A stretch of DNA of 64,000 nt from an uncultured Pseudomonadota bacterium (GCA_963727035.1 CAVSEY010000001.1:9362-73361); one strand, 5' to 3'; positions 1-8,553 are shown, counted from the first letter of the stretch. Notes: generated by a model not told the origin, from the letters alone. Made by a program: numbers and translations.

Positions 1-843
1 CGACCGCGCCAGGTCCATATGGAACTGGGTCAAGGGCTCCTTGTCGGGCTGCCTTGCCTTCGCCTTGAACAGGTCGGCGAATTTCTCGTTGGTCATGGTC
101 AGGCCGGTGCAATAATTGAAAAAAGACTGGTCGAGCCAGAAACTGCCGTCGTCTCCGACGCTGACGATATTGTCGAGAATGAGCTGCTTGTATTTGGGCT
201 CGCCATAGGGGGCGAGGCCCATCACCTTGTATTCCCCGGAATTGACCTTGAAGCCGGCAAAATAGGTGAAAGCCGAGTACAACAGGCCGAGCGAATGCGG
301 AAAAAGGATTTCCTTTTCGAGGGTGAGTTCGCGGCCGCGGCCGATCCCCGCCGTCGTCGTCGCCCATTCGCCGACGCCGTCCAGGGTGAGCACCACCGCT
401 TCCTCGAATGGCGAGGGATAGAAGGCTGAAGCCGCATGCGACAGGTGATGCTCGGAGAATTTGAGCCGGCCGTCGTCGTGGAAGGCCGGGTCGAGTTTGC
501 GGAACTCGCGGATCAGCATGTCCTTCTGGAACAGCTTTTCGCGCAGCCAGACGGGAATCGCGCTGGCGAACGAGGCGATGCCTTTCGGCGCGAAGGCGAG
601 ATAGGTTTCAAGCAGCCGTTCGAATTTCAGAAACGGCTTTTCGTAAAAGACGATGTGATCGACATCGTTGATTCCGAGACCCGCCTCGCTCAGGCAATAA
701 TCGACGGCATGGCGCGGAAAAGCGGCGTCGTGCTTCTTGCGCGTGAACCGCTCCTCCTGGGCGGCGGCGACGATCTCGCCGTCGCGCACCAGGCTGGCGC
801 TGGCGTCGTGATAAAAAGCCGATATGCCGAGGATGGAGACCAT
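1..843 (-). CDS. carbamoyltransferase (NodU/CmcH family), N-terminal 281 codons; 3' part lies outside the window
   Basis: My own minus-strand translation from the ATG at 843 reads MVSILGISAFYHDASASLVRDGEIVAAAQEERFTRKKHDAAFP...GEYKVMGLAPYGEP and stays open to position 1. It is absent from the ORF track because there is no stop in the window. Plus-strand ORFs 19..429 and 436..894 are its antisense shadows. Confidence 0.85.
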   Translation of the reverse strand, partial: MVSILGISAFYHDASASLVRDGEIVAAAQEERFTRKKHDAAFPRHAVDYCLSEAGLGINDVDHIVFYEKPFLKFERLLETYLAFAPKGIASFASAIPVWLREKLFQKDMLIREFRKLDPAFHDDGRLKFSEHHLSHAASAFYPSPFEEAVVLTLDGVGEWATTTAGIGRGRELTLEKEILFPHSLGLLYSAFTYFAGFKVNSGEYKVMGLAPYGEPKYKQLILDNIVSVGDDGSFWLDQSFFNYCTGLTMTNEKFADLFKAKARQPDKEPLTQFHMDLARS

Positions 844-940
844 AAGCCTGAACTTTCCGCAACCAGATGTGAATCAGCGTCGGCCCGGCTCTGACCTGCG
901 TTTCGGGCCGTTCCGGCATGAGCCGGTCAAAGGCGTTTTG

Positions 941-1361
941 CTAGAATTGATTGCGCATGCTCGAAGGATGTTCCGGATCGTGGCTTCTTTGGCTCCAGAA
1001 GCTGTCCTTGCGTTTCGCTGCGGGGCCGATCTTGAGCACGTCATGGCCAATCGCCCGCAGGAACGACAGCAAACGGCGTCACGACGACGAAAAAAAAGAA
1101 GCCCATGATCAGCGGGGACACGATCTTGTTCAGCATCTGGCCGAGTTGAAACCACAGGCGGTTCAGCGGCGCGAGCCAGGCGGGCGCGACCAGCGCAATG
1201 GCCAGAAAGACGGCGGCGACCGGAAGGGCCCACCAGCGTATCGCGCCATGGCCGCGCAGGGCGGGCAACAGGCCGACCAGCGTGAAAAACGCAGCGAAGA
1301 CAAGGCCGAAATTGCGCTCTGAGCCTGCCTCCACGTGATGATGGGACTTGTGTTCGGACAT
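941..1361 (-). pseudogene. SxtJ-family small membrane protein, apparently frameshifted near the 3' end (as-read ORF is 1041..1361)
   Basis: ATG at 1361 with an AAGGAG RBS 6 nt upstream. The product starts MSEHKSHHHVEAGSERNFGLVFAAFFTLVGLLP... with hydrophobic helices, and the gene sits next to a carbamoyltransferase as sxtJ-like genes often do. After ...FFFFVVVTP the conserved-looking tail LLSFLRAIGHDVLKIGPAAKRKDSFWSQRSHDPEHPSSMRNQF* continues in another frame, ending at 941. Confidence 0.5.
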
Positions 1362-1817
1362 GATGCGCTCCTTGCAAGGCGGTCGGACAATCAGGGCGAC
1401 GTCCGGTTCCAATCGCGCCTCCGCCGCTGCGCCGCAAGCGAGGATGCATCGGCAACAATAGGTCATCCTTCAGGACGGAGCGATGATATAGCGCGGCGAT
1501 GGCCTGAATGAAAGCCAACCCGACGATGGCAGGCGCCGCGGCGTCAGCCGGCATCAAGCCCGACAGCAATGGCGCCCGATCTGACATTTGTTTCACCGAT
1601 CGCCCTCATGGCGCATCGATGCCGCCGCGGGGCCCACTCCATGCCCATGTTCCGCCATTGTCGCAGGCGTGTCGGCGTGGGGCGCGGAAAATTAAGATTT
1701 CGTATCACGCGCCCGTGACACAATTCATATTGCGTCCCCTTAACTCCTTTAAGAGCTAGAATTTCCACTTCCCGAGAACTTCGTCTATGCTGTTCCTCGT
1801 TGAAGAGGGAGGAACCG

Positions 1818-2210
1818 ATGAAAGCGAGAATTTTCGCGCTGACGCTCGCCGCTGCTGCGGGCGTAGGTCTGTCCGGATGCGCGACGGGCAGCTATTGCGA
1901 TCCAGTCCTCGGCTGTGGCTATGGCACCGGCTATAGCTATGGCTATGGCGGCTATCCCGCCTATTATTACGCACCCGGTACTTATTATGGCGGCTATGGC
2001 TGGGGCGGCGGCTATGGCGGCGGCTATGGCTATGGCGGCCGCTGGGCTCGCGGCGGCTGGGGTCGTGGTGGTTGGGCTCATGGCGGCTACGGCGGACGCG
2101 TCGTTGGCCTGCGCGGCGGCGGTTTTGGCCGCGGCGGTTTCGCGCGCGGCGGTGTCGCCCACGGCGGTTTTGGCCGCGGCGGCGTCGGTCGCGGCGGCTT
2201 CCATCGTTAA
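1818..2210 (+). CDS. Gly/Tyr/Arg-rich low-complexity lipoprotein
   Basis: ATG at 1818 is preceded by GGGAGG. The signal peptide ends in the lipobox LSGC (MKARIFALTLAAAAGVGLSGC). The mature part is GYG/YGG repeats followed by RGG/GRGGF repeats. The track ORF begins at an upstream TTG at 1800. Confidence 0.75.
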   Translation: MKARIFALTLAAAAGVGLSGCATGSYCDPVLGCGYGTGYSYGYGGYPAYYYAPGTYYGGYGWGGGYGGGYGYGGRWARGGWGRGGWAHGGYGGRVVGLRGGGFGRGGFARGGVAHGGFGRGGVGRGGFHR

Positions 2211-2388
2211 GCTCGCGGGAACGGGGCGGTTCGCGCCGCCCCGTCGCCGCGCCGCAGTTTTATAGCGCGCTCTTCGCGCATCACGACAATTTTGTGCTTA
2301 TGGGCTGACGGGGATGCCGCTTCGGGGCGGCGTCCACCCCATCATTGTTTTCGCTCGGCCCGTTCCTGTCGCCGTAACGAAGATTTGA

Positions 2389-3576
2389 TCAGATCTTGCC
2401 CGCTTTGTGCAAGACGCCATAGACCTGTTCCAGCAGCGCGCCATTGCGGTTTTGTTTCTCGTCGGGCTGGCTGTTGAGGCCGACGACGATGACCGCGCCG
2501 CTGGTGGGGAAATAGCCATAAAGCACGCGGTAGCCTAGCGTCATGCCCTGGTAGAACCAATAGGCGCCGAGCGCCGGCCGGTAGCCCGCGCCGACGCCAA
2601 GCCCGAACGCGCCCGGATTCTTTTCGGAAGGGCCGGCGATGGCCTCGCCGGTCTTGTCGGAGACGACCGTCATCAGTTCGCGGCGCTGTTTTTCCGCCAG
2701 CAGCGGCCCTTCATAGAGCGCGCGCGCCCAGCGCGCGACGTCGTCCATCGACGAGACGATGCCGCCCGCGCCCTGCATCCAGGAGACGCTGTCGTTCTTG
2801 ACGTCGCGGCCGAGGAGCGGGGCGAGCAGCTTGTTGTCGGGATCGTGGCTGAAAAAGTAGCCGGAGACCATGCGATCCGTGATCGACGCCGGATAGAGGT
2901 TTGTTTCGTAATAAGTATTCTTCAACCCGACCTGTTCAGCCAGATCGCGCGCCACGTCGGCGTAGGGTTTGCCGCCGGCCTTTTCGATGATCATCTGGGC
3001 CAGGATGTAATTGGTGTTCGAATAGGTCCAACCGCTGACGGGCTTGGGCTCGCCATCGTGCGGATAGGCCGCCGCGACCAGTTCCAGCGGCGTGAACGTG
3101 TGGCTGGGGTCGTCGCCCATGACCTTGGCGATGGACGGCTGATTGTCGTAGCCGGGAATGGGGCTGGTCATATCGAGCAACTGGCGGATCGTGACCTCCT
3201 TCCAGGCGGGATATTGCGGCAGCCATTGGCCGAGCTTGTCCTCGATCGTCAGTTTTTTCGCGGCTTCAAGCCGCAGGATCGCGACGGAGGTGAACGACTT
3301 GGTGATGCTGCCGATCTCGAACAGGTCGGCCGGCGTGACTCTTGCGCCCGCGTCCGGATATTTGGTCGAACCCGCCGCGAGATTGATGTTTTCGCCGGCG
3401 CCCTTCAGGCTGATGCTCAAAGACGCGGCGGAAATGTGCTCCGGCTCCCGGCGCGTCGCCACGAAATTGTCGAGCGCCTGCTGCAGGGCGGGCCGAAGCT
3501 CCGCATCGCGCGATTGGGCGGCGGCGGGCGACCACGCGCTCAGCGCGATCAGGAGGACGACAAGCGTTCGAACCAT
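2389..3576 (-). CDS. serine hydrolase, beta-lactamase/D-Ala-D-Ala carboxypeptidase (class C-like) family, secreted
   Basis: 395-aa ORF with signal peptide MVRTLVVLLIALSAWSPAAAQS, an SxxK motif (SITKSF) and a YxN motif (YSNTNY). Confidence 0.85.
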   Translation of the reverse strand: MVRTLVVLLIALSAWSPAAAQSRDAELRPALQQALDNFVATRREPEHISAASLSISLKGAGENINLAAGSTKYPDAGARVTPADLFEIGSITKSFTSVAILRLEAAKKLTIEDKLGQWLPQYPAWKEVTIRQLLDMTSPIPGYDNQPSIAKVMGDDPSHTFTPLELVAAAYPHDGEPKPVSGWTYSNTNYILAQMIIEKAGGKPYADVARDLAEQVGLKNTYYETNLYPASITDRMVSGYFFSHDPDNKLLAPLLGRDVKNDSVSWMQGAGGIVSSMDDVARWARALYEGPLLAEKQRRELMTVVSDKTGEAIAGPSEKNPGAFGLGVGAGYRPALGAYWFYQGMTLGYRVLYGYFPTSGAVIVVGLNSQPDEKQNRNGALLEQVYGVLHKAGKI

Positions 3577-3591
3577 GGGCGCCTCGCAGGG
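3536..3591. repeat. 56-bp exact direct repeat, copy 1 (first codons plus upstream leader of the serine-hydrolase gene)
   Basis: gcgctcagcgcgatcaggaggacgacaagcgttcgaaccatgggcgcctcgcaggg is identical to 5249..5304. Confidence 0.95.
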
Positions 3592-3662
3592 GTTGGACTA
3601 ACGCATTATGGCCGCGCGCCGCGCCGTTGGCTCGCAATGACGAACGGAGCGCCACACTACCG

Positions 3663-3697
3663 CAAAAGATCGGCGGCGCCACGGCCGCCGATTTATG
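3663..3697 (-). terminator. intrinsic (bidirectional-looking) terminator downstream of the AlkB-like gene
   Basis: Perfect 9-bp stem ATCGGCGGC / GCCGCCGAT with a 6-nt loop, flanked by CAAAAG on the plus strand (T-tract on the minus strand) and by TTTAT. It is part of an imperfect 80-95 bp module repeated at 5911..6004. Confidence 0.55.
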
Positions 3698-3819
3698 CCA
3701 TAGGTATCATGGCGCCGGGGTTACGGCGCCAGAGCACATTATTGACGCTCGTCGCGCTTGCCGTCAGCAATTCACAGGCCACGTGAGATCAAATTAGCGC
3801 CCTGTCACGGGAACCCGGT

Positions 3820-5025
3820 TCAATCCGCGGGGATGGGTTCGGCGTGAGGGATGTTGTTGGCGCGCATGTAATCAAGTTCCGCGGGCGTCGCGAAATTCCG
3901 GTCCCAATTGTCGAGATACGGTTGAATCACCCTTCGGTAGAGCGGAGGGATGAGCGAGATCAGGATGAGCGCGAAATAGGTATAGGGCAGGTTCGGAGAT
4001 TTCACCGAGATTTTCAGTTCGCTGCTCTGGCGCAGCGGATGGAGGTGGTGGTCGCTGTGGCGAGAGATATTATACAGCATCGCGCAGGTGACGGTGAGAT
4101 AGACATCCCAGCTGAGGCGCTCGTCGATGCGTTCGTTTTCGAGGCGGATTAGGCCATAATGCTGAATATAGCCGATGCTTTCGAGGATGACGCGCGTGAC
4201 AGACGCCGCTGCGAGAAAGGCGAGGGCCGACGGGACGCCGCCGATGACGAAGCAAACCGCGACATAGAAGAGCGGGATCGCCCAGGCCGTGAGAAACCTG
4301 TTATTGAGCGAAAACAAGGGCAGGCCGAGGCGCTTCAGGCGCGCGGCTTCGAATTTCGCGGCGTAACGGGTGCTTCCGGAAATGGAGCGCCGCATGAAGG
4401 CGTAAAGGCTTTCGCCGCGCCTTGCCGTGCCGGGGTCGGTGGCGAGGCCCACCTGGCGATGATGGCAGTAGGGATGCTGGAGGGAAAAGACGGGATCGAA
4501 AGCCAGCGCGCTCATCCATTGGGAAATGATATGGTCCGATCTTGAATTGAGGCGGTGAGACAATTCGTGCGCGGTGCTTTGCCCGACGCCCCACAGGAAA
4601 CCATTGGCGAGGATGGCGACCAATTTGTCGACAGTGGAACTTGCCGCGCGCGCGGCGTTCAGGTCCACGCCAACGTGTCGCAAGCCGGCGACGAGGTGAA
4701 GCGGATCGCCCTCGGTGAAGTAATGCGCGAGCAGCACCCCATTCGTGAGCATCAGGGGCAAGCCCATGCGCGCAAGGAAATCATGCAAAGCCTGCGGGGG
4801 ATTTTCCGGCTCGGTCAGGTCATAGGGAGATCTGACGTTCCCGATGAGGACGATCGCGATGACGATCAGAAAGTTGAACCAGATCCACGGTCCGCCGAGC
4901 AGCAGTCCGGCGAGGACGAGAAGGAAGGCGACGTTCTGAAAGGCAAAGCGCGAATGGGAGATCGCGGCCATAAAAGGCGACGAAAAGCGGATGCGTTTCG
5001 CCGTCAATACTTGTGCCTGCGTCAT
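3820..5025 (-). CDS. AlkB-like integral-membrane non-heme di-iron hydroxylase (alkane 1-monooxygenase / fatty-acid desaturase superfamily)
   Basis: Histidine boxes occur in canonical order: HELSHR, QHPYCHHRQV, IQHYGL, RHSDHHLH. Several hydrophobic helices are present. I chose the start at ATG 5025 (MTQAQVL...); the track ORF extends to 5082. Confidence 0.75.
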   Translation of the reverse strand: MTQAQVLTAKRIRFSSPFMAAISHSRFAFQNVAFLLVLAGLLLGGPWIWFNFLIVIAIVLIGNVRSPYDLTEPENPPQALHDFLARMGLPLMLTNGVLLAHYFTEGDPLHLVAGLRHVGVDLNAARAASSTVDKLVAILANGFLWGVGQSTAHELSHRLNSRSDHIISQWMSALAFDPVFSLQHPYCHHRQVGLATDPGTARRGESLYAFMRRSISGSTRYAAKFEAARLKRLGLPLFSLNNRFLTAWAIPLFYVAVCFVIGGVPSALAFLAAASVTRVILESIGYIQHYGLIRLENERIDERLSWDVYLTVTCAMLYNISRHSDHHLHPLRQSSELKISVKSPNLPYTYFALILISLIPPLYRRVIQPYLDNWDRNFATPAELDYMRANNIPHAEPIPAD

Positions 5026-5248
5026 GTATCCGTCGTGCATTTCAGTGGGACATTTGAGCGGCCTCAGGCGCGGAGGCCCCAACTTATTCGCTTCATGTTA
5101 TGCGCCCCGCGCGCGATGGCGCAAGCGGCGGTTTCGGTTACGGTGACAGTGAACTTAATCGTTCTTGCTCGCTCTGTTCGTTGACCTTCGGCTTGGGGCG
5201 GCACTGGACGTCAATAAAGTGCACTGTCACCGTAACCGGGGCGACGCC

Positions 5249-5304
5249 GCGCTCAGCGCGATCAGGAGGACGACAAGCGTTCGAACCATGGGCGCCTCGC
5301 AGGG
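5249..5304. repeat. 56-bp exact direct repeat, copy 2 (orphan duplicate of the hydrolase gene start)
   Basis: Identical to 3536..3591. On the minus strand it encodes only MVRTLVVLLIALSAASPRLR* before a stop, so it is a gene-start remnant. Confidence 0.95.
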
Positions 5305-5410
5305 ACTGCGCACTTTAATTGACGCAAGGGCGCCCAACGTTGCCCTTCGCGAGCGGTTTCATGGACTGTTCCCGCACCGCAACGGCGAGCGCCGTCATCG
5401 CGCGGAGCGT

Positions 5411-5464
5411 CCGCGACGAAGCGATCCACCTTGCGGGCGGGTCGCCATTTGGATCGCTTCGCGG
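5411..5464. repeat. REP/MITE-like imperfect palindrome
   Basis: Arms ccgcga(cga)agcgatcca ... tggatcgcttcgcgg around a loop of about 21 nt. A degenerate relative lies at about 5860..5905, and the motif gctcgc[ag]atga recurs at 3630, 5503 and 5910. Confidence 0.5.
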
Positions 5465-5516
5465 AACCCGTCATCGGAACGGCTGAAAGCCGGATCCGTT
5501 GGCTCGCGATGACGGC

Positions 5517-5747
5517 CTAAAATTTGAAGTTTTTCTTGAGAATGTCGGCGAGTTGCCGCGCGGAGGCCTCATCCAGCTGAAAAGTCTGGCTCTTTTTTCC
5601 AGGAAATTCGCGCGAAGAGCGTCCGTAACTATCGAATTGAATGAAACGACGGCCATCGCGTTCAAAAAAGGAAAAGGTTGCCTCGGCTTCGTCATGGATC
5701 GAATTCCGCTCCATGCTATTTTCGATAAAGGATTTTATCAGAGCCAT
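5517..5747 (-). CDS. hypothetical small protein (76 aa), low-GC
   Basis: ORF MALIKSFIENSMERNSIHDEAEATFSFFERDGRRFIQFDSYGRSSREFPGKKSQTFQLDEASARQLADILKKNFKF. Its composition is protein-like and unlike the surrounding GC-shadow ORFs. I could assign no family with confidence. Confidence 0.5.
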   Translation of the reverse strand: MALIKSFIENSMERNSIHDEAEATFSFFERDGRRFIQFDSYGRSSREFPGKKSQTFQLDEASARQLADILKKNFKF

Positions 5748-5956
5748 CAGAAACGCTCCCGAACCCCACGAATCAAATCAATCTCTATTCTGCAAATCTC
5801 CGATCGCACTTTCAAGCAGCGCTTTTGCCTTTCCGTTCGCGGACGCCGTTATTGCGACGAGCGCCGGGGACGAAGCAATCCACGCCGCGGGCCGCCAGCG
5901 ACATGGATCACCTCGGTGCGCTCGCGATGAAGGTTGGAGCCCGAAACACACGACCA

Positions 5957-5988
5957 GGAAAATCGGCGGCGCGATGGCCGCCGATTTA
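5957..5988 (-). terminator. intrinsic terminator downstream of the split islet gene
   Basis: It has the same 9-bp stem ATCGGCGGC / GCCGCCGAT as the terminator at 3669..3692. The minus-strand reading is followed by TTTTCC. It lies about 220 nt past the stop at 6208. Confidence 0.5.
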
Positions 5989-6207
5989 TGCAATTGGTAT
6001 CATGTCCCCGTAATTCGTAATTCGGGCTTTCTGCCGGTCGCGAAACCGCCGCGTCGCCAGCGTGGCGGAAGGCAAGGATTGCGAAAGTCGATACGTGAGT
6101 TGATGACGTCGGGGGTGGAATATCCCTTGCCGACGGGGACTTGGCCGAGGCGGCGGCGAAAATGGCCCACCTGCAGTAGTGGCGCCCGATCACGTAGCCC
6201 CGCCGAT

Positions 6208-7279
6208 TTATCGCCATCTTTTCGCCTTTTTGCTTCGACGATCGTCCTTTCCGATCTGTCGCACCAACTCGTCCGAGTTTAGACTTAAGCCGAGGCTTGC
6301 AATTGCGTTCTTTGCAGCACTTAAAATGGCTAGGCGGTCTTTGGATTCAGATTGGCTCCAGTATACACGCCACATCAGGTGCGTGGCGATGTTCATTTGG
6401 AAAAAATATGATTTTGGCAGTGACCGCAGGGCAATGGATAAAGCTTTCTCGCCTGCTTCTGAGTCGATATCTATCAGCCAAATGCATTTTATAACATTCG
6501 CTAGCTTGCCATCAACCCTTGTATTCTGAAGCGTTCTAGAAAGAACCTTGTGATGCGCCAATTCGCACAATTGCGCCGAGATGAATCGATACGGCCAGCT
6601 AAACGTCGAGAATTCCAGTATCTCAACTAGTGTCGTGATAAGGCGTTTCGTGTCTTCCGCCCCGGCATTGTCATCTTTATTGGTTAGCCTTTCGATTAGT
6701 TCGGTGTCGTTTACGACCTTTTCTTTAATTTCGTCAAAATTAAAAGCCAGCATCTGCGCGGTCAAATGATGAAGCAAGTGCGAAGCGAGTGTGGCTATTC
6801 GAGTGGCCAAATCAATCTTTACATCCTTGACAAGGTGTTCTGAGCCAGAGCCTAGGAGTATTAGGGCAAGGTACCAATCGCCTATGGCAGAGCTAAGGTC
6901 CTTAATGTCCTTGAAGTTATCAGTTACGCGCTTTTTAATGTCGTCTCCGGTTTTTCCGACCTTTTCGCGTACTTCATCAGCAGCATCGAGCAGTCTTTGT
7001 TTCTTTTTCGCGCCGCCTCTTCCGCTATGAACCTCGTCGATCGCATTTTCCAACCGCTTTTCAAGCGCGGCCAGGCGGGCAGGTTGCCTTAGCCACGCAG
7101 GACGGACTTCGTCGGTCATGAGAATGTTTTTGGTATCGTCAACCGCGTATTGGGCGATTGCGAGGTCTAACCGCTTGCGCAAGCGATTGACGATTTCGAG
7201 ATCTGGCCCAATTTCACAGTATAGGTCAAACGTTGAGTCATCGAATTCGCCATCTGTCACCTGAAAATATGCTTTTGCT
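6208..7279 (-). pseudogene. C-terminal fragment (about 353 aa) of the IS-interrupted PNP-domain fusion protein
   Basis: Track ORF 6208..7296. From ...KAYFQVTDGEFDD onward it continues the frame of the upstream fragment once the IS is removed. It is helical and charged, with no recognisable motif, and is low-GC. Confidence 0.8.
7271..7279. repeat. 9-bp target-site duplication (left copy) of the IS4-family element
   Basis: GCTTTTGCT lies directly outside the left inverted repeat. An identical copy is at 8545..8553. Confidence 0.85.
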
Positions 7280-8544
7280 CTCAGCGTTCCCCTCATTTTC
7301 AGATGATGCCAAAAGCCTCGGAAAACACGCGATTTTCGCGTAGGAGTTGCTGATATCGCTCAATGAGGGGCTTGAGTCTTTCGTCCGGCATGTTGGGGAT
7401 GAGTTCGTAAAGCAGGCATCCCTGGCGAAACAGGGAATGAACGCGTCGCTTGGCGGTGCTGGTTCTCAACTGCCGGTCCATTCCGAGGCTTTCGCCAGCG
7501 GCGCCCAATACCGTCAGCAGCATGATGGCGAAAGCGTTGAGCAGCAACAGGCGATCTCGGCGCTGCGGGTCATCGATCCTCAGCGTGCTCATGCCCATTC
7601 CAAAGCGAAGGTCCTTGCTGTCCCGGAAGCTGGGCTCGATGGTCCACCTTTTCGAGTACAGATTGACGATCTGCGCCGCAGAGAGCGCGCCATCGCTGGC
7701 GGCAAGATGCCAGGCTTCCTTCATGCCCGAGGCTTTCACGCATACGACCGCCCCGACCTTCTGGCGGGCGGCGGAGATTTCGGCGTCGCGCAATTTCCGC
7801 GCTCGTCCGCCCTTGCCGACCCAATCGCCGGCTTCGCGCGTTTCGCCATCGGCGGCCCTGACATGGGTGCTGGAGCGAAAGCGGATGACATATTGAAAGC
7901 CAAGGGCGTCGAGGAATTCGAACAGCTTGACGTCGCCAAAGCCGCGGTCGGCCAGAATGGTCGCGGTCACCCCCTCGGGCAGCAGCGCCTTTAATCGGGC
8001 CAGGCACAAATCCTCGAAATCGTTGCGCTGGTCCTTCAATTCGTCCTTGTCGACGGTCAGCCAAAGCAGCGGCGTCGCCCTGCCGTGGTTCGTGACGAGA
8101 TGCAGCGCAAGCGTGCACTGGTTGTCGCGATCGAAATCCGTCCAATCCATCGCCACGACGATCTCGCGGCGCTCTCCGACGACCTCGGCGATCCAAGACC
8201 CGAACAAGTCCCAAGGCGCCACGCCCGAGTTGCTGAGCAACCGGTCGACCTGTTTGATCGCCGACTTGGCGATCAAGCCACGCGCTGTGGCCAGAGCCTG
8301 TCCAATCAAGGAAACAGCGAGCGCCGCTCCGGTCATCACCCCGAGCGTGCCGTTGGCCAGCGACAGGATGCGCTTGGCATGCAGATCGTCGCCGAACACG
8401 CGCTTCAAAAATTCCTGAATGAAATCAAATCGCTCCTTCGACGCGCGCATGGCTCCCCCTGCCGGCTGATTCTCCGTCCTACAGCTCGGGGATAACGAAA
8501 ATTTAGGCTTTTCCAAGTCGCGCAAAAATGGGGGGATTCATGAG
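7280..8544 (-). mobile_element. IS4-family insertion sequence (1265 bp)
   Basis: Terminal inverted repeats ctcagcgttcccctcatttt (7280..7299) and the reverse complement of 8525..8544, ctcatgaatccccccatttt, match at 15 of 20 positions. It carries one DDE transposase and is flanked by a 9-bp direct repeat. Confidence 0.85.
7299..8450 (-). CDS. IS4-family DDE transposase
   Basis: Start MRASKERFDFIQEFL... with RBS AGGGGGA. DDE-type landmarks are DWTDF, ADRGF and YSKRWTIEPSFRDSK. The stop lies inside the left inverted repeat. Confidence 0.85.
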   Translation of the reverse strand: MRASKERFDFIQEFLKRVFGDDLHAKRILSLANGTLGVMTGAALAVSLIGQALATARGLIAKSAIKQVDRLLSNSGVAPWDLFGSWIAEVVGERREIVVAMDWTDFDRDNQCTLALHLVTNHGRATPLLWLTVDKDELKDQRNDFEDLCLARLKALLPEGVTATILADRGFGDVKLFEFLDALGFQYVIRFRSSTHVRAADGETREAGDWVGKGGRARKLRDAEISAARQKVGAVVCVKASGMKEAWHLAASDGALSAAQIVNLYSKRWTIEPSFRDSKDLRFGMGMSTLRIDDPQRRDRLLLLNAFAIMLLTVLGAAGESLGMDRQLRTSTAKRRVHSLFRQGCLLYELIPNMPDERLKPLIERYQQLLRENRVFSEAFGII

Positions 8545-8553
8545 GCTTTTGCT
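8545..8553. repeat. 9-bp target-site duplication (right copy) of the IS4-family element
   Basis: GCTTTTGCT, identical to 7271..7279. Confidence 0.85.

Noticed and set aside
844-940. Expected small DUF5989-type ORF between the sxtJ-like gene and the carbamoyltransferase.
   Set aside because: The gap is only 97 nt, and none of the three minus-strand frames gives a plausible hydrophobic mini-protein.
874-1596. 240-aa minus-strand ORF.
   Set aside because: It is an off-frame read across the sxtJ-like gene and its upstream region. It is Arg/Pro-rich shadow sequence with no RBS.
5100-5512. Plus-strand ORFs 5100..5318 and 5165..5512.
   Set aside because: They run through the duplicated hydrolase-start remnant and a REP-like palindrome. 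Their similarity to the 3158..3601 ORF is just the DNA repeat read in a non-coding frame.
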